A stretch of 64,000 nt of DNA from an uncultured Haloferula sp. (GTDB lineage: Bacteria > Verrucomicrobiota > Verrucomicrobiia > Verrucomicrobiales > Akkermansiaceae): the NCBI GenBank assembly GCA_965652295.1, contig CBFGTS010000008.1, positions 64,001 through 128,000 of the forward strand, in the 5' to 3' direction. Shown here in pieces: positions 46,846 to 57,989 of this stretch. Each line of letters opens with the position of its first letter. The stretch's first letter is position 1. The notes under the pieces were generated by a model. It had not been told where the DNA came from, did not search any database, and saw only the letters and a list, made by a program, of their open reading frames with translations. A program made the translations under genes and the position numbers.

Positions 46846-48669
46846 ATGCGTCGCGTGACGAACATTTCCGCTTACCATTTCGCCCCCCTGCGGGACCTGC
46901 GGGAGCTGCGTCAACACCTGTTGGATTTCTGCCGCGACCACGACCTCAAGGGCACGATTCTGCTGGCTCCGGAGGGCATCAATCTTTTCGTCGCGGGTCG
47001 GCATCTGGCGATCGAGGAGCTGGTGTACGAGCTCCGCACGATCCCGAGCCTCGAGCACCTCCTGCCGAAGTACAGCGAGAGCGACGAACAGCCGTTCAAC
47101 CGGATGCTCGTCCGGCTGAAAAAGGAGATCATCGCTTTCGGCGTCGACGGCGTGGACCCGGTCCGCGAACCGGCCCCGCGCATCAAGCCGGAGGAGCTCA
47201 AGGAGTGGCTGGATGCCGGAAAGCCGGTCGTCCTCTACGACACCCGCAACAACTACGAGATCAAGCTCGGCACCTTCAAGGGAGCCATCACCGCCGGGAT
47301 CGATCGCTTCCGGGATTTTCCCGACGCCGTGGGGAACCTGCCGGAGGAAATGAAGGACGCTCCCGTGGTGACGTTCTGCACCGGCGGAATCCGCTGCGAA
47401 AAGGCCGCGCCCTACATGCGGCAGGCGGGCTTCAAGGAGGTTTACCAGCTTGAGGGCGGGATCCTGAAGTACTTCGAAATGGTCGGAGCCGATCACTACG
47501 AGGGCGAGTGCTTCGTTTTCGACCAGCGTGTGGGTCTCGATCCCGCCCTGCGCGAGTCCGGCTCGGCCGTTTGTTTCGCCTGCCAGACGCCCCTCACTGC
47601 GGAGGAGATGGAGGATCCGCGTTACCTGGAGGGCGAGTCCTGCCCGCATTGCTACGTCAGCGATGAAGCCAAGCGGCAGGCGTCGATGGTCGCCCGTCAG
47701 ACAGCGCTCGATGCGGCCGCCGACCCGCTTCCTGGAAGCCTCCCGTACAACAACCTCAAGCCGATCCGCATTCCCGCCAGCCAAGCGGGGAAAACCTTGC
47801 TCGGTGCGCTGGACGGCCTCTTTCCTTACTTCGGACGTGAGCAGTGGCTCGGTCTCATTGAGGCAGGGCGGATTCTTTCCCCGGAGGAAACTCCGGCAGC
47901 CGCCGACCGCGTGGTGAAGGATGGGGAGCAGTACATCCGCTCGCTGCCCGGTACCATCGAGCCGCCGGTGAACGCGAAGATCACCCTCATCCACGAGGAT
48001 GAGGCCTTGTGGGCGGTGGACAAGCCGGCGCCCCTGCCGATGCATCCCTGCGGTCGCTTCAACCGCAACACGCTGGAGTATCTGATGCGCCAGGCATGGG
48101 CTCCGGAGGTTCCACGGCCGGCCCACCGGCTCGACGCCAACACCAGTGGTGTCGTGGTCGGCGCACGCACGCGGCATTTTGCGAAGCTGCTGCAGCCGCA
48201 GTTTGCCCGCGGAGAGGTGGAAAAGCGCTACCTGGCCCGGGTTCACGGTCATCCGGCGGAGGACCGGTTCGTGATCGAATCGCCGATTGCTGCCGAAGCC
48301 AGCGGTCTGGGCGCGCGGGAGATCGATGAAGACGGTCTGCATGCCCGCACGGATGTCCAGGTGCTGGAGCGCTTCGACGATGGCACCGCGCTGTTACTCA
48401 TCGAGCCCCGCACCGGCCGCACCAACCAAATCCGGATTCACCTCTGGGAAAAAGGTCACGCAGTCGTCGGTGATCCCGTGTATTTGCCCGAAGGAGGGCG
48501 CGGTGGGAAGCAGACGCTGGATCCGTCCGATCCACCGATGCAACTCCACGCCTGGTGGATCCGCCTGAAGCACCCGCTGACCGGCGAGAAAATGCGCTTC
48601 ACCGTCCCGGTCCCGAGTTGGGTGCCGAGGGAAGCGGTGTCGCCGGAGCTGGCGGACTGCGCCGATTGA
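46846..48669 (+). CDS. Fusion of rhodanese-domain tRNA U34 hydroxylase (TrhO-like) and RluA-family pseudouridine synthase
   Basis: GTILLAPEGIN, DTRNNYE, FCTGGIRCEKA, LEGGILKYFE, CFVFDQR, CPHC; then VDKPAPLPMHP, HRLDANTSG, TGRTNQIRIH, GDPVY. Confidence 0.88.
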   Translation: MRRVTNISAYHFAPLRDLRELRQHLLDFCRDHDLKGTILLAPEGINLFVAGRHLAIEELVYELRTIPSLEHLLPKYSESDEQPFNRMLVRLKKEIIAFGVDGVDPVREPAPRIKPEELKEWLDAGKPVVLYDTRNNYEIKLGTFKGAITAGIDRFRDFPDAVGNLPEEMKDAPVVTFCTGGIRCEKAAPYMRQAGFKEVYQLEGGILKYFEMVGADHYEGECFVFDQRVGLDPALRESGSAVCFACQTPLTAEEMEDPRYLEGESCPHCYVSDEAKRQASMVARQTALDAAADPLPGSLPYNNLKPIRIPASQAGKTLLGALDGLFPYFGREQWLGLIEAGRILSPEETPAAADRVVKDGEQYIRSLPGTIEPPVNAKITLIHEDEALWAVDKPAPLPMHPCGRFNRNTLEYLMRQAWAPEVPRPAHRLDANTSGVVVGARTRHFAKLLQPQFARGEVEKRYLARVHGHPAEDRFVIESPIAAEASGLGAREIDEDGLHARTDVQVLERFDDGTALLLIEPRTGRTNQIRIHLWEKGHAVVGDPVYLPEGGRGGKQTLDPSDPPMQLHAWWIRLKHPLTGEKMRFTVPVPSWVPREAVSPELADCAD

Positions 48670-48724
48670 AAGGAGAACGGCCTGTTCTGCCAGCTTGGCA
48701 AGGGACGGCGGAATCGGCCGGGTA

Positions 48725-49858
48725 TCAAGAGCCGCCGTACGTCAGTTGCGCCTTCAGCCCGAGGATCGAGTCCTTGCCGTGCCCTGCGGAAACGGAGATC
48801 CGCAACCTCGCCGTTTCCCGTGGGACGGTGGGGTAGCGGATCGGGGGGACGATAAAGCCTGCTTCCTCAAGAGCCGCGGAGGCGGCAAGGGCGGCTTCGT
48901 TCCCGCCGATGATCCGCGGGATGATCGGGGTGCGGGCACCCGGCGAGAGCAGGCGGATGTTCTCGCGCAGACGGCCCCGGAGTTCGAGACCTTCCTGGGA
49001 ACGGATCAGCTCGATCGATGCCTGCGCCGCGTGGGCCAGCGCGGGGGGCGGGGCGGTGGAGTAGATGAACGAGCGGGTACGGTTGACCAGAAGATCCCGC
49101 CAAGCCGCTGAACAGGCGAGGTAGGCACCGGCGAGACCGGCGGCTTTTCCGAGGGTGCCGAGATGGAAATCCACCCGATCCTGCACGCCCAGTTCCTCGG
49201 CGAGGCCCATGCCGGTTTTCCCGAGGACGCCGAGCCCATGGGCTTCGTCGAGCAGCAGCCGGGCACCGAATCGTTCCTTGAGGTCGAGGATTTCGCGCAG
49301 CGGGCAGAGATCGCCATCCATGGAGAAGACGGACTCGGTGACGATCAGGATGCTGCCCGTAGCATCCTTCGCCCGGATCGAGGAAAGGAGTCGCTCCAGC
49401 TTGGCGAGGTCGTTGTGGGGAAAGACGCGGAGGGTGGCCTCGGAGAGCCGGGCACCGTCGATGAGGCAGGCGTGGGCAAGCTTGTCGAGGATGACATGGT
49501 CGCCCTTGCCGACGAGCGCGGGGGTCACGCCGGTGGCGGCGGCGAAGCCGGAGGAAAAGGTGAGGGCCGCACCGGTGCCCTTCGCTGCCGCCAAGCAATC
49601 TTCCAAGAAGGTGTGAGGCGGCTGGGTGCCGGTGATCAGGCGCGAGGCGGCGGCGCCGTGGCCCCAGCGGTCGAGGCCTTCATGAAACGCGGCGCGAAGC
49701 GCGGGGTGTTCGGCGAGGCCGAGGTAGTCGTTGGAAGCGAAATTCCAGAGCTGCCGGCCGTTGCGCAGAACGCGGACGCCGGTGGGACCTCCGAGCGGGC
49801 GGAGGGTGCGGAGCAAGCCCGCCTGTCCGAGGTCGGCGAGGTGTTGCTCCGGGTGCAT
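48725..49858 (-). CDS. bioF: 8-amino-7-oxononanoate synthase
   Basis: NFASNDYLGL, HACLIDG, ESVFSMDGD, DEAHG, GTLGKA, IRYPTVP. Confidence 0.9.
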   Translation of the reverse strand: MHPEQHLADLGQAGLLRTLRPLGGPTGVRVLRNGRQLWNFASNDYLGLAEHPALRAAFHEGLDRWGHGAAASRLITGTQPPHTFLEDCLAAAKGTGAALTFSSGFAAATGVTPALVGKGDHVILDKLAHACLIDGARLSEATLRVFPHNDLAKLERLLSSIRAKDATGSILIVTESVFSMDGDLCPLREILDLKERFGARLLLDEAHGLGVLGKTGMGLAEELGVQDRVDFHLGTLGKAAGLAGAYLACSAAWRDLLVNRTRSFIYSTAPPPALAHAAQASIELIRSQEGLELRGRLRENIRLLSPGARTPIIPRIIGGNEAALAASAALEEAGFIVPPIRYPTVPRETARLRISVSAGHGKDSILGLKAQLTYGGS

Positions 49859-49870
49859 GCAAGGGTGAGA

Positions 49871-49901
49871 GGCTTGGCGGATGGAATCCGCCGCCACGAA
49901 T
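49871..49901. repeat. REP-like palindrome, family B
   Basis: ggcttggcggatggaatccgccgccacgaat matches the reverse complement of 57990-58020 at 29/31 positions. Confidence 0.75.
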
Positions 49902-50788
49902 CAGAGGCGCGGCGATTCGAGAGCCCAGCGCAGGAGTCGCTCGGAGTCGTCCCAGATGTGCGAGGAGTTGCTTTTCAGTACGACGACGATGGCGGTGCGG
50001 CCGTTCAATTCGCCGGTGCAGACGAGGCAGCGCCCGGCGGCGTTGGTGGTGCCGGTTTTCATGCCGTTGCAGTAGGAGACCCGCTTGAGGACCTTGTTGG
50101 TGTTTTCCAGGAACTTGGTGCGGCCGCCGGCATATTGAAACTGGTAGCTCCGGGTGCCCACCCACGAGCGGATCGCGGCGCTGCGGTAGGCATGGCGGGC
50201 GGCAATGGCGATGTCCCGGGCGGTGGAATACTGGCCGGGGGCGGGAAGGCCGTTCGGGTTGACGAAGTTCGAATTCCGCATCCCGATCGACCGGGCCTTG
50301 CGGTTCATCATGGCGGCGAAACCTTCCTGGGAGCCGCCCATGTCACGGGCGAGTGCGCGGGCGACGTCGTTGCCGCTCTTGACCAGCAGGGCCTTGAGCA
50401 GGGCGGCGCGGGTGTAGGTTTCGCCGGGGCGGAGGTAGAGCTTGGTCGGCTCGCAGGAGGTGTCGTCGTGGGTGACGGTGACCGGGTCGTCCAGCGGGCC
50501 TTGATCGAGCGCGACGAGGGCGGTGACGATTTTCTGGGTCGATGCCACAGGCCGGACCGAGTCGGCGTTTTTGGCGTAAAGCACCTTGCCGGTGTGGGCG
50601 TCGATGACGATGGCGCTCTCGCCATAGACCTTCGGCGGCGCCACATTGGGGATGGCCGCGGCTTCCTCCGGCACCGGAGCGACGGGCCCGCGGGCGGGCG
50701 GGGGAGCAGGTTCACCGCCGCCGCAGGCGCTGAAAGCCAGCGAGGCGAGAAATGGGAGAATCAGTCGAAAGGATCGTTGCCTGAGCAT
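49901..50788 (-). CDS. D-alanyl-D-alanine carboxypeptidase (peptidase S11), lipoprotein
   Basis: Lipobox FSAC; ASTQK (SxxK), SGN, KTG motifs. Confidence 0.9.
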   Translation of the reverse strand: MLRQRSFRLILPFLASLAFSACGGGEPAPPPARGPVAPVPEEAAAIPNVAPPKVYGESAIVIDAHTGKVLYAKNADSVRPVASTQKIVTALVALDQGPLDDPVTVTHDDTSCEPTKLYLRPGETYTRAALLKALLVKSGNDVARALARDMGGSQEGFAAMMNRKARSIGMRNSNFVNPNGLPAPGQYSTARDIAIAARHAYRSAAIRSWVGTRSYQFQYAGGRTKFLENTNKVLKRVSYCNGMKTGTTNAAGRCLVCTGELNGRTAIVVVLKSNSSHIWDDSERLLRWALESPRL

Positions 50789-51018
50789 TGCGGCGGATCA
50801 AAACGCGGCCGGGCCGGACTGGAAAGGCGATAATCGGAGAACAGGCAGGCAGAATCCCGCTTCCGGAGCGGCCGGAGGGTTGGGGTCATAGCATGTAAAA
50901 TGCACAAAAATTTTGAATAAAGTTGCTGCTATGAAATCGAACGTTCGGCAAGACGCAACCGGTGGATGACGGATGCCCGGGAATGGGTTTCAGTACCACC
51001 CAACAACCCTTGTTTTTT

Positions 51019-53595
51019 ATGGGACTCGACAAAATCACCACCAAGCTCCAGGAGGCTCTTCAGGCGGCACAGCGGCTGGCTTCGAAGTCGGCGCACCCGG
51101 AATTGAAGAGCGGCCACGTGCTGCTGGCTCTGCTGCAGCAGGAGGGCGGCATCGTCGTGCCTCTGCTCCAGAATGCCGGGGCGGACGTGACGCAGCTCAA
51201 GGCATCGGTCATCTCCGCACTGGACAAGGAACCGAAAGTCCAGGGCGCGAGCGCGCAGCCGCAGCTGAGCTACGAGCTGCGCCAGACGCTGGATGCGGCC
51301 GACGAGGTGCGCGGCGGTATGGGGGATGAGTTTCTTTCCGTGGAACATTTCATCCTCGGGGCGATGAAGTCCGGCGCGGCGGCAGGCAAGCTGTTGCAAG
51401 CGGCGGGTCTGGATGAACCGAAAGCGCGTGAGGCTCTGGAGGGGATCCGCGGTGCCCAGAAGGTCACCGACGAGGATCCGGAGGGAAAATACCAAACACT
51501 GGAGAAATACGGCACCGACCTGACCGCCCGCGCGCGGGAGGGAAAAATCGATCCTGTGATCGGTCGCGACACCGAGATCCGGCGGGTGCTGCAAGTGCTT
51601 TCGCGGCGCACGAAGAACAACCCGGTGTTGATCGGCGAGCCGGGCGTGGGGAAGACGGCGATCGTGGAAGGCCTGGCGCGGCGGATCGTTTCCGGAGACG
51701 TGCCGGACGCGATGAAGAACAAGCGGATCATCGCCATGGATATCGGCGCGATGCTGGCCGGTGCGAAGTACCGCGGTGAGTTCGAGGACCGGTTGAAGGC
51801 GTTTTTGAAAGAGGTCACATCGTCGGAAGGCGAGATCATCCTCTTCATCGACGAGCTGCACACGATCGTGGGGGCGGGGGCCAGCGAGGGCGCGGTGGAC
51901 GCCTCGAATTTGCTGAAACCCCAGCTCGCCCGGGGTGAGCTGCGCACGGTGGGCGCGACGACACTCGATGAGTATCGCAAGCACATCGAGAAGGACGCGG
52001 CGCTGGAGCGGCGCTTCCAGCCGGTGATGGTGGGCGAGCCCTCGGTCGAGGACACGGTCGCCATCCTGCGGGGGTTGAAGGAGCGCTACGAGGTCCACCA
52101 CGGCGTGCGCATTCAGGATGGCGCGCTGGTGGCGGCGGCGATGCTCTCGGACCGCTACATTTCCGATCGTTTCCTGCCGGACAAGGCAGTCGATTTGGTG
52201 GATGAGGCTGCTTCGCGGTTGAAGATCGAGCTGGATTCCATGCCGACGGAGATCGACCAGCTCGAGCGCCAGATCATGCAGCTGGAGATGGAGAAAAAGG
52301 CGTTGGAGAAGGAGACCGACAAGGCCTCCGAAGCGCGCTTGGAGAAGGTCATCGAAGAGCAGGCGAACCTGCGCGAGCAATCGGCCGGCATGATGGCGCG
52401 CTGGCGCAACGAGAAGGAAGTGATCGAACGCGTGCGCGAGCAGCAGACGAAGATCGATTCCCTGAAGACCGAAGCCGAGCAGGCGCAGCGGCTGGGCGAT
52501 CTGACGCGCGCGTCCGAGATCACTTACGGTGCACTGCCGGAGGCGCAGCGGGCACTCGATGCGGCGCAGCGGGAGCTGGAGCAGATGCAGAAGGGCGGAG
52601 CGATCCTCACCGAGGAAGTCACGGAGGAGGACATCGCCGGCGTGGTGTCCTCGTGGACCGGCATCCCGGTCTCGCGTTTGCAGGAGGGCGAGAAGGAGAA
52701 GCTCGTCCACATGGAGGAGCGATTGGGCGATCGGGTGATCGGCCAGAAATCAGCGATCCGCGCCGTTTCCAACGCCGTGCGGCGGGCCCGCGCCGGCTTG
52801 CAGGACGAGAACCGGCCCATCGGCTCGTTCCTTTTCCTCGGGCCCACGGGTGTCGGGAAAACCGAGTTGAGCAAGGCGCTGGCGGAGTTCCTTTTCGATG
52901 ACGAGGGCGCGATGGTGCGGATCGACATGTCGGAATACATGGAGAAACACAGCGTCGCCCGGTTGATCGGTGCCCCGCCCGGATACGTCGGCTACGACGA
53001 GGGCGGCCAGCTCTCCGAGCATGTACGGCGCAAGCCGTATTCGGTGGTGCTGTTCGATGAGATCGAGAAGGCGCATCCCGATGTGTTCAACGTGCTGCTG
53101 CAAGTGCTCGACGACGGACGCATCACCGACGGCCAGGGCCGCACGGTGGATTTCCGCAACACGGTGTTGATCATGACTTCGAACATCGGCTCGCAGTTCA
53201 TCCTCAACGAGGACAACGCCGAGCAGCGCGAGGCGAAGGTGCTGGAGGCGCTGCGCGGGCATTTCCGGCCGGAGTTCCTGAACCGGGTCGACGAGACGAT
53301 CATCTTCGATCGCTTGCAGCGCGAGGAGCTGACCACGATCGTCGATTTGCAGCTCGAGCGCGTCCGCAAGCGGCTGGCGAAGCAGGGCCTGGGGTTGGCG
53401 CTGAGCGAGGAGGCGAAGGAGTTCCTCGGCAACCAGGGCTATGATCCGGTCTATGGCGCGAGACCACTGAAGCGGGCGATCCAGCGGCATTTGCTCGATG
53501 AACTGTCGCTGGAGATCCTCGACGGCCGCTTCGTGGAAGGCGACGTGATCAAGGGCAACGTCCGCGACGGGCGGATGGTGTTCGAGAAAGCGTGA
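51019..53595 (+). CDS. clpB: ATP-dependent chaperone ClpB
   Basis: Two AAA+ modules ([16 protein letters not shown]) and a long coiled-coil middle domain. Confidence 0.97.
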   Translation: MGLDKITTKLQEALQAAQRLASKSAHPELKSGHVLLALLQQEGGIVVPLLQNAGADVTQLKASVISALDKEPKVQGASAQPQLSYELRQTLDAADEVRGGMGDEFLSVEHFILGAMKSGAAAGKLLQAAGLDEPKAREALEGIRGAQKVTDEDPEGKYQTLEKYGTDLTARAREGKIDPVIGRDTEIRRVLQVLSRRTKNNPVLIGEPGVGKTAIVEGLARRIVSGDVPDAMKNKRIIAMDIGAMLAGAKYRGEFEDRLKAFLKEVTSSEGEIILFIDELHTIVGAGASEGAVDASNLLKPQLARGELRTVGATTLDEYRKHIEKDAALERRFQPVMVGEPSVEDTVAILRGLKERYEVHHGVRIQDGALVAAAMLSDRYISDRFLPDKAVDLVDEAASRLKIELDSMPTEIDQLERQIMQLEMEKKALEKETDKASEARLEKVIEEQANLREQSAGMMARWRNEKEVIERVREQQTKIDSLKTEAEQAQRLGDLTRASEITYGALPEAQRALDAAQRELEQMQKGGAILTEEVTEEDIAGVVSSWTGIPVSRLQEGEKEKLVHMEERLGDRVIGQKSAIRAVSNAVRRARAGLQDENRPIGSFLFLGPTGVGKTELSKALAEFLFDDEGAMVRIDMSEYMEKHSVARLIGAPPGYVGYDEGGQLSEHVRRKPYSVVLFDEIEKAHPDVFNVLLQVLDDGRITDGQGRTVDFRNTVLIMTSNIGSQFILNEDNAEQREAKVLEALRGHFRPEFLNRVDETIIFDRLQREELTTIVDLQLERVRKRLAKQGLGLALSEEAKEFLGNQGYDPVYGARPLKRAIQRHLLDELSLEILDGRFVEGDVIKGNVRDGRMVFEKA

Positions 53596-53597
53596 TT

Positions 53598-53729
53598 CGG
53601 TAGGGCGCGGCGGCCGCCGCGCCGGCTGGTAGAGACGGTAGGGCGTGGCGGCCCGCCGCGCCGACTGGTAGAGACGGCCGCGCCGCCTCTATTTTGAAAG
53701 TCGGACAAGCGGGCCGCTTGTCCCTACCG
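53598..53729. repeat. REP-like cluster, family A: two tandem 38/39-nt units plus an inverted arm
   Basis: cggtagggcgcggcggccgccgcgccggctggtagaga / cggtagggcgtggcggcccgccgcgccgactggtagaga; right arm ggacaagcgggccgcttgtccctaccg. Confidence 0.8.
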
Positions 53730-53771
53730 GGTTTTCTTGCCCGGCGGCGGGTGGGGTGATTGTTTCCGCCC

Positions 53772-54236
53772 GTGCACCTGCGTTTCACGGAACAGGAACT
53801 GGCGACGCTGATCGAAATGGTCAGCCTGGCAGCGGACGTGGCCTCGTGGAACCGCAAGCCGACTTCGGACGAGGGTGTGGCCGCCTACGAGGATCTGGAG
53901 AACAAGATCCTGGAAAAGGCGCACAACGCCGGATTTGCCGACGTGATCGAATGGGACGAGGAGAAGCAGCGCTTCCAGGTGAAACCGGAAGAGCAGGACA
54001 AATCGTTCTTCCGCGAGTGCTACGAGGAGTTCCGTAACGAGAGCTTCTGGGAAGACCTCGTGCTCCGCTTGGCGGACCGCGACCTGATCCGCCAGATCGG
54101 GATGGCGGCGTGGGAGAAGCTCAGCGAGGAGGAAAGGCGCACGCGGACCCAAGACATGGAGAAACGCTATTGGGACGAGTTTTCCAAGAACGGCGTCGAG
54201 CGTGTGGCGGTGATCCATCCGCCGGGGGAAGGGTGA
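53772..54236 (+). CDS. Acidic hypothetical protein
   Basis: Strong GC3 codon bias, fills the gap; start uncertain (GTG 53772 or TTG 53760). Confidence 0.75.
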   Translation: MHLRFTEQELATLIEMVSLAADVASWNRKPTSDEGVAAYEDLENKILEKAHNAGFADVIEWDEEKQRFQVKPEEQDKSFFRECYEEFRNESFWEDLVLRLADRDLIRQIGMAAWEKLSEEERRTRTQDMEKRYWDEFSKNGVERVAVIHPPGEG

Positions 54237-54280
54237 GGGATGGGCAATTGAAGATTTGCGATTGCCGATCGGGACATGGA

Positions 54281-54313
54281 AAAAGCGCGTCCCCGTGAGG
54301 AGACGCGCCTTTT
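54281..54313. terminator. Bidirectional terminator
   Basis: AAAAGCGCGTC...GACGCGCCTTTT between convergent genes. Confidence 0.7.
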
Positions 54314-54341
54314 GTGGAAGAGGAACTCTTCGAGCCGATGA

Positions 54342-55964
54342 TCAGCCTTCGCCGGGGACGGCGACGCCGCCAGCGGCTTGCTCAGGTGAGATCGTGAGAG
54401 GTTTGTAGCCACCGATGGTCTTGAAGTAGATCATCAGGAGAATGTAAATGACGGCCATCGTGACCGGGATCATGGCGTCGGCCTTCAGGGTGTTGCGATC
54501 GCCGATGATGCTGGCTTCGACGATGGTCTGTTGTGCTTCGCTGCGACTGCCTTCAGCCACGGCCTTGGCTTCGGCGAGTTTCGTGCCATCCAGGCCCGCC
54601 ACTTCGTCAAAGAACAGGAACTTGGCGCTGCTGTCCGCTTTATTGGCCTCATAGACCTCAGGCGCGGTTTCGCGGAGGTGATCGACGGTGAAGCGGTCCT
54701 TGGCATAACCAAGGCCTTCATTGCCGAGAAGGCCGGCTGACATCATGCCGATGCCGCCCATGATGGACATGGCGATCGCCCCGGTCTTCGGGAAACGATC
54801 GCCAACCACGGCCAACATGGTCGGCCAGAAGAAGGTCTTGCCGAGGGCATAGACGCCGAGGGCAAGCAGCGCGCCAGCGAAGGAGGTGATCCCGCTGACC
54901 AAGAAAAGGCCGATCACCGCGAGCACCGAACAGATCAGGAGCAGACCGATGGGTGAGATACGGAGCTTGTTTTCGATGAAGTGGGCGCAGAACCGCAGGC
55001 CGAACATGAGCAACGATGTGAAGACGAAGAGGATCTTCCCTTGAGTCGGGTTGAGAATATTGCCGGTAATGTTCTGGATCCAACCATCGGTGCCGAGTTC
55101 GACCGCACCGATGAGGGCGTGGGTGATGAAGAGAATGAAAAGAAGGAACGAACCGATAGGGACGATCGAATTTCCTCGGGGGCCATGCGTGTGGGTGATG
55201 ATCAGCAAGATGACAAAGAGCGTGTAAGCCGCGGCACTGGAAAGCCCCAAGGTGCTGGTGAAGAACAAACCGAGTAGCGCGGCGGCAACGATGCCTCCGA
55301 GGATGCCAATTTCCTGAAACATCTCCCCAATTGAGAGACCGCTGGCTGCTGCTTCTGACTTCGGAAAGCTCTGACCCATGAAGGCGACGCCATAGAGGAT
55401 GGTGGGGATGAGAAAAAGGCCGAGTTGGATTTTCCAATCTACGCCGGCACCTCCCAGCGTCCATCCGATGACACCGCCGATAACAAGGCCTAGAGGCCAG
55501 GAGGCATGGAGGATGTTGAGGTAGTGGGTTCGGTTGTTCGGGAACAAGGTGGAGACCAGTGGGTTTGCCACGGCCTCTAGGGTGCCATTGGCGAGAGCGA
55601 AAATAAAGGTGCCCCAGTAGAGGAACTTGAAGGCGAGGGCCTGCTGCTGTCCATCTATGGCGGCGAAGGTCACAAAAGCGGAGAGGATATGAAAGAGGAA
55701 GGCGGCGAAGACAAGTTTGCCGTAGCCGATTTTGTCCACAATGACGCCGCCTATTATAATGCCGAAGCAGAATCCGGTGAAACCGGCACCGCCAATTTTT
55801 CCGAGCTGGGCACCGGTGAAACCGAATTCATCGCCCCAGTTGGCGAGGATGCCTCCGCGGACGCCGAAGCCGATGCCGGCGGCGAGGATGGCGAGGAATC
55901 CGGCCCAGAGGAGGCGTTTGGCGTTCGGGGCGATACCTGGGTCGTCGAGGGTGGCTGCGGTCAT
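54342..55964 (-). CDS. MFS transporter
   Basis: Many TM segments; [44 protein letters not shown]. Confidence 0.88.
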   Translation of the reverse strand: MTAATLDDPGIAPNAKRLLWAGFLAILAAGIGFGVRGGILANWGDEFGFTGAQLGKIGGAGFTGFCFGIIIGGVIVDKIGYGKLVFAAFLFHILSAFVTFAAIDGQQQALAFKFLYWGTFIFALANGTLEAVANPLVSTLFPNNRTHYLNILHASWPLGLVIGGVIGWTLGGAGVDWKIQLGLFLIPTILYGVAFMGQSFPKSEAAASGLSIGEMFQEIGILGGIVAAALLGLFFTSTLGLSSAAAYTLFVILLIITHTHGPRGNSIVPIGSFLLFILFITHALIGAVELGTDGWIQNITGNILNPTQGKILFVFTSLLMFGLRFCAHFIENKLRISPIGLLLICSVLAVIGLFLVSGITSFAGALLALGVYALGKTFFWPTMLAVVGDRFPKTGAIAMSIMGGIGMMSAGLLGNEGLGYAKDRFTVDHLRETAPEVYEANKADSSAKFLFFDEVAGLDGTKLAEAKAVAEGSRSEAQQTIVEASIIGDRNTLKADAMIPVTMAVIYILLMIYFKTIGGYKPLTISPEQAAGGVAVPGEG

Positions 55965-56100
55965 GGATGCGGTTTGGAGTTTCGGGTGTCTATCGGGCCG
56001 CGGTGAGGATGGCAAGTTTCTGCGAACCGGACGGGGACGAAACGTGGACGAGGGGGGAGGTCTGTCGCCCCCGGAGGGAAATTCGGTCGTTTTCCAACAG

Positions 56101-56135
56101 AAAAAGCCCGGGCTTCGCGAAGAAACCCGGGCTTT
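56101..56135 (-). terminator. Terminator after ilvC
   Basis: AAAGCCCGGG...CCCGGGCTTT stem with an A-run on + (U-run on -). Confidence 0.75.
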
Positions 56136-56186
56136 GGAAATGGGAAGTGTCTTGAAGAAGGGACGCGGCCTGAAAAGCCGCTCTCC

Positions 56187-57233
56187 TTACTTCGAGGAAG
56201 AGACGTAGCTCGCTTGGGCGGCGCCCTTCTTGAGCTTCTTCTGCTTGATCCAGCTCATGGTGGAACGGAGCTTTTCACCGACCTTCTCGATCTGGTGCTT
56301 GGCTTCCTCCTTGCGGATCTCGTTGAAGCGCTTGCAGCCGTTCTCGTTCTCCTTGATCCACTCCTTGGCGAACTTGCCGGACTCGATCTCCTTGAGCTGT
56401 TTGACCATCCGCTTCTTGACGGAGGCATCGATGATCTTCGGACCCACGGACACGTCGCCCCACTCGGCAGTTTCCGAGATGGAGAAGCGCATGCCGGCGA
56501 TGCCGGATTCGTTCATGAGATCGACGATGAGCTTCAGCTCGTGGAGGCACTCGAAGTAGGCCATTTCCGGCTGGTAGCCGGCTTCCACGAGGGTTTCGAA
56601 ACCGGCCTTCACCAGGGCGGAAGCGCCGCCGCAGAGGACGACCTGCTCCCCGAAGAGATCGGTCACGGTCTCTTCCTTGAAGTTGGTTTCAAACACACCG
56701 GCACGGGTGCAGCCAACGCCGCGCGCCCAGGCGAGGGCGATCTGCTTGGCCTTGCCGTCGGCATCGTTGTGGACGGCGATCAGACCGGGCACGCCCTTGC
56801 CATCGACAAACTGCGAGCGGACGGTGTGGCCCGGACCCTTCGGGGCGACCATGATGACGTTGATGTCGGAGGGCGGGTCGATGGTCTTGAAGTGAACGGC
56901 GAAGCCGTGGGAGAAGAGCAGGGTCTTGCCCTTGGTGAGGTTCGGCGCGATGTCCTTCTCGTAGACGCCGGCGATTTTGGTGTCGGGCACGGCGACGAAG
57001 ATCACGTCGGCAGCCTTCACGGCATCGGCGGTGTCCATGACCTCGAAGCCGAGCTTCTGGGCGACTTCGCGGGACTTCGACTTCTTGTAGAGGCCGATGA
57101 CGACCTTGAGGCCGCTGTCCTTGAGATTGAGAGCGTGCGCGTGGCCCTGGGAGCCGAAGCCGATGACGGCGAGCGTCTTCTTCTTGAGGGGCGTCAGGGT
57201 GGCGTCCTTGTTGGTGTAGATCTTGGCGGCCAT
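56187..57233 (-). CDS. ilvC: Ketol-acid reductoisomerase
   Basis: [50 protein letters not shown]. Confidence 0.97.
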   Translation of the reverse strand: MAAKIYTNKDATLTPLKKKTLAVIGFGSQGHAHALNLKDSGLKVVIGLYKKSKSREVAQKLGFEVMDTADAVKAADVIFVAVPDTKIAGVYEKDIAPNLTKGKTLLFSHGFAVHFKTIDPPSDINVIMVAPKGPGHTVRSQFVDGKGVPGLIAVHNDADGKAKQIALAWARGVGCTRAGVFETNFKEETVTDLFGEQVVLCGGASALVKAGFETLVEAGYQPEMAYFECLHELKLIVDLMNESGIAGMRFSISETAEWGDVSVGPKIIDASVKKRMVKQLKEIESGKFAKEWIKENENGCKRFNEIRKEEAKHQIEKVGEKLRSTMSWIKQKKLKKGAAQASYVSSSK

Positions 57234-57354
57234 GGTAGTCGTCGTAGTTCGGAAAATGAGGCGGTTGCCTCGTGAGTGAGGGCGGAAGCTGGCGAAAATC
57301 GAGCAGGTTTCAAGTGTCAAGTTCTCAGTTTCAAGGCATCGTGTCGCGGTGACG

Positions 57355-57885
57355 ATGAAACGGGCGACGGTGCTGGCGCATGAGGTGGTGGCCGGGGTGC
57401 TGGGAGAGGGGGAGACGGCGGTGGATGCAACGGCGGGGAATGGACACGACACGGTGTTCCTGGCGCGGCTGGTGGGAGAGACGGGAAGGGTATTCGCCTT
57501 CGACGTGCAGGCGGCGGCGATCGAGTCGGCCCGCGGGCGGGTGGAGGCGGCGGGTTTCGGAGAACGGGTGGAATTTTTCTGCGAAAGCCATGCGCGGATG
57601 GTGGAGCGGGTGCCTGCCGGCGTGGCGGCGGTGATGTTCAACCTCGGCTACCTGCCCGGTGCGGATCACGCGGTGATCACGAAGACGGAGGAAACGCTGA
57701 AGGCACTGGAGGCGGCGATCGCGTTGCTGCGTTCGGGAGGGGTGGTGACCGTCGTCTGCTATCCCGGCCACGCGGGCGGGGATGAGGAGGCTGCGGCGGT
57801 GGTGGAGTGGGCGGAAAAGAAAGCCGGCAAGGTGTTTCCTGCGGCGAGAGAGGGCGCGCCGTTTCTGGTGGTGGTGAGCGTGTAG
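57355..57885 (+). CDS. Class I SAM-dependent methyltransferase (YtqB/MnmM-like)
   Basis: [35 protein letters not shown]. Confidence 0.85.
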   Translation: MKRATVLAHEVVAGVLGEGETAVDATAGNGHDTVFLARLVGETGRVFAFDVQAAAIESARGRVEAAGFGERVEFFCESHARMVERVPAGVAAVMFNLGYLPGADHAVITKTEETLKALEAAIALLRSGGVVTVVCYPGHAGGDEEAAAVVEWAEKKAGKVFPAAREGAPFLVVVSV

Positions 57886-57989
57886 AGTGGCTGGCAGGAT
57901 CGGGCTCGATGCGTTGCCTCGGGCTGGCGATGAAGTTGTCGATGGTGCGGTTGCTGGGGCTCGCGACGGATGGGGCATGTCGAGCGGGC

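Noticed and set aside
46649..46850. tRNA-Ala as an integration site for an island or prophage
   Set aside because: No integrase follows, I saw no duplicated tRNA 3' end, and the downstream genes are housekeeping.
53598..53674. Two 38/39-nt direct repeats as a possible mini CRISPR array
   Set aside because: The units are directly adjacent with no spacer, no cas genes are present, and the sequence matches the dispersed REP-like family A.
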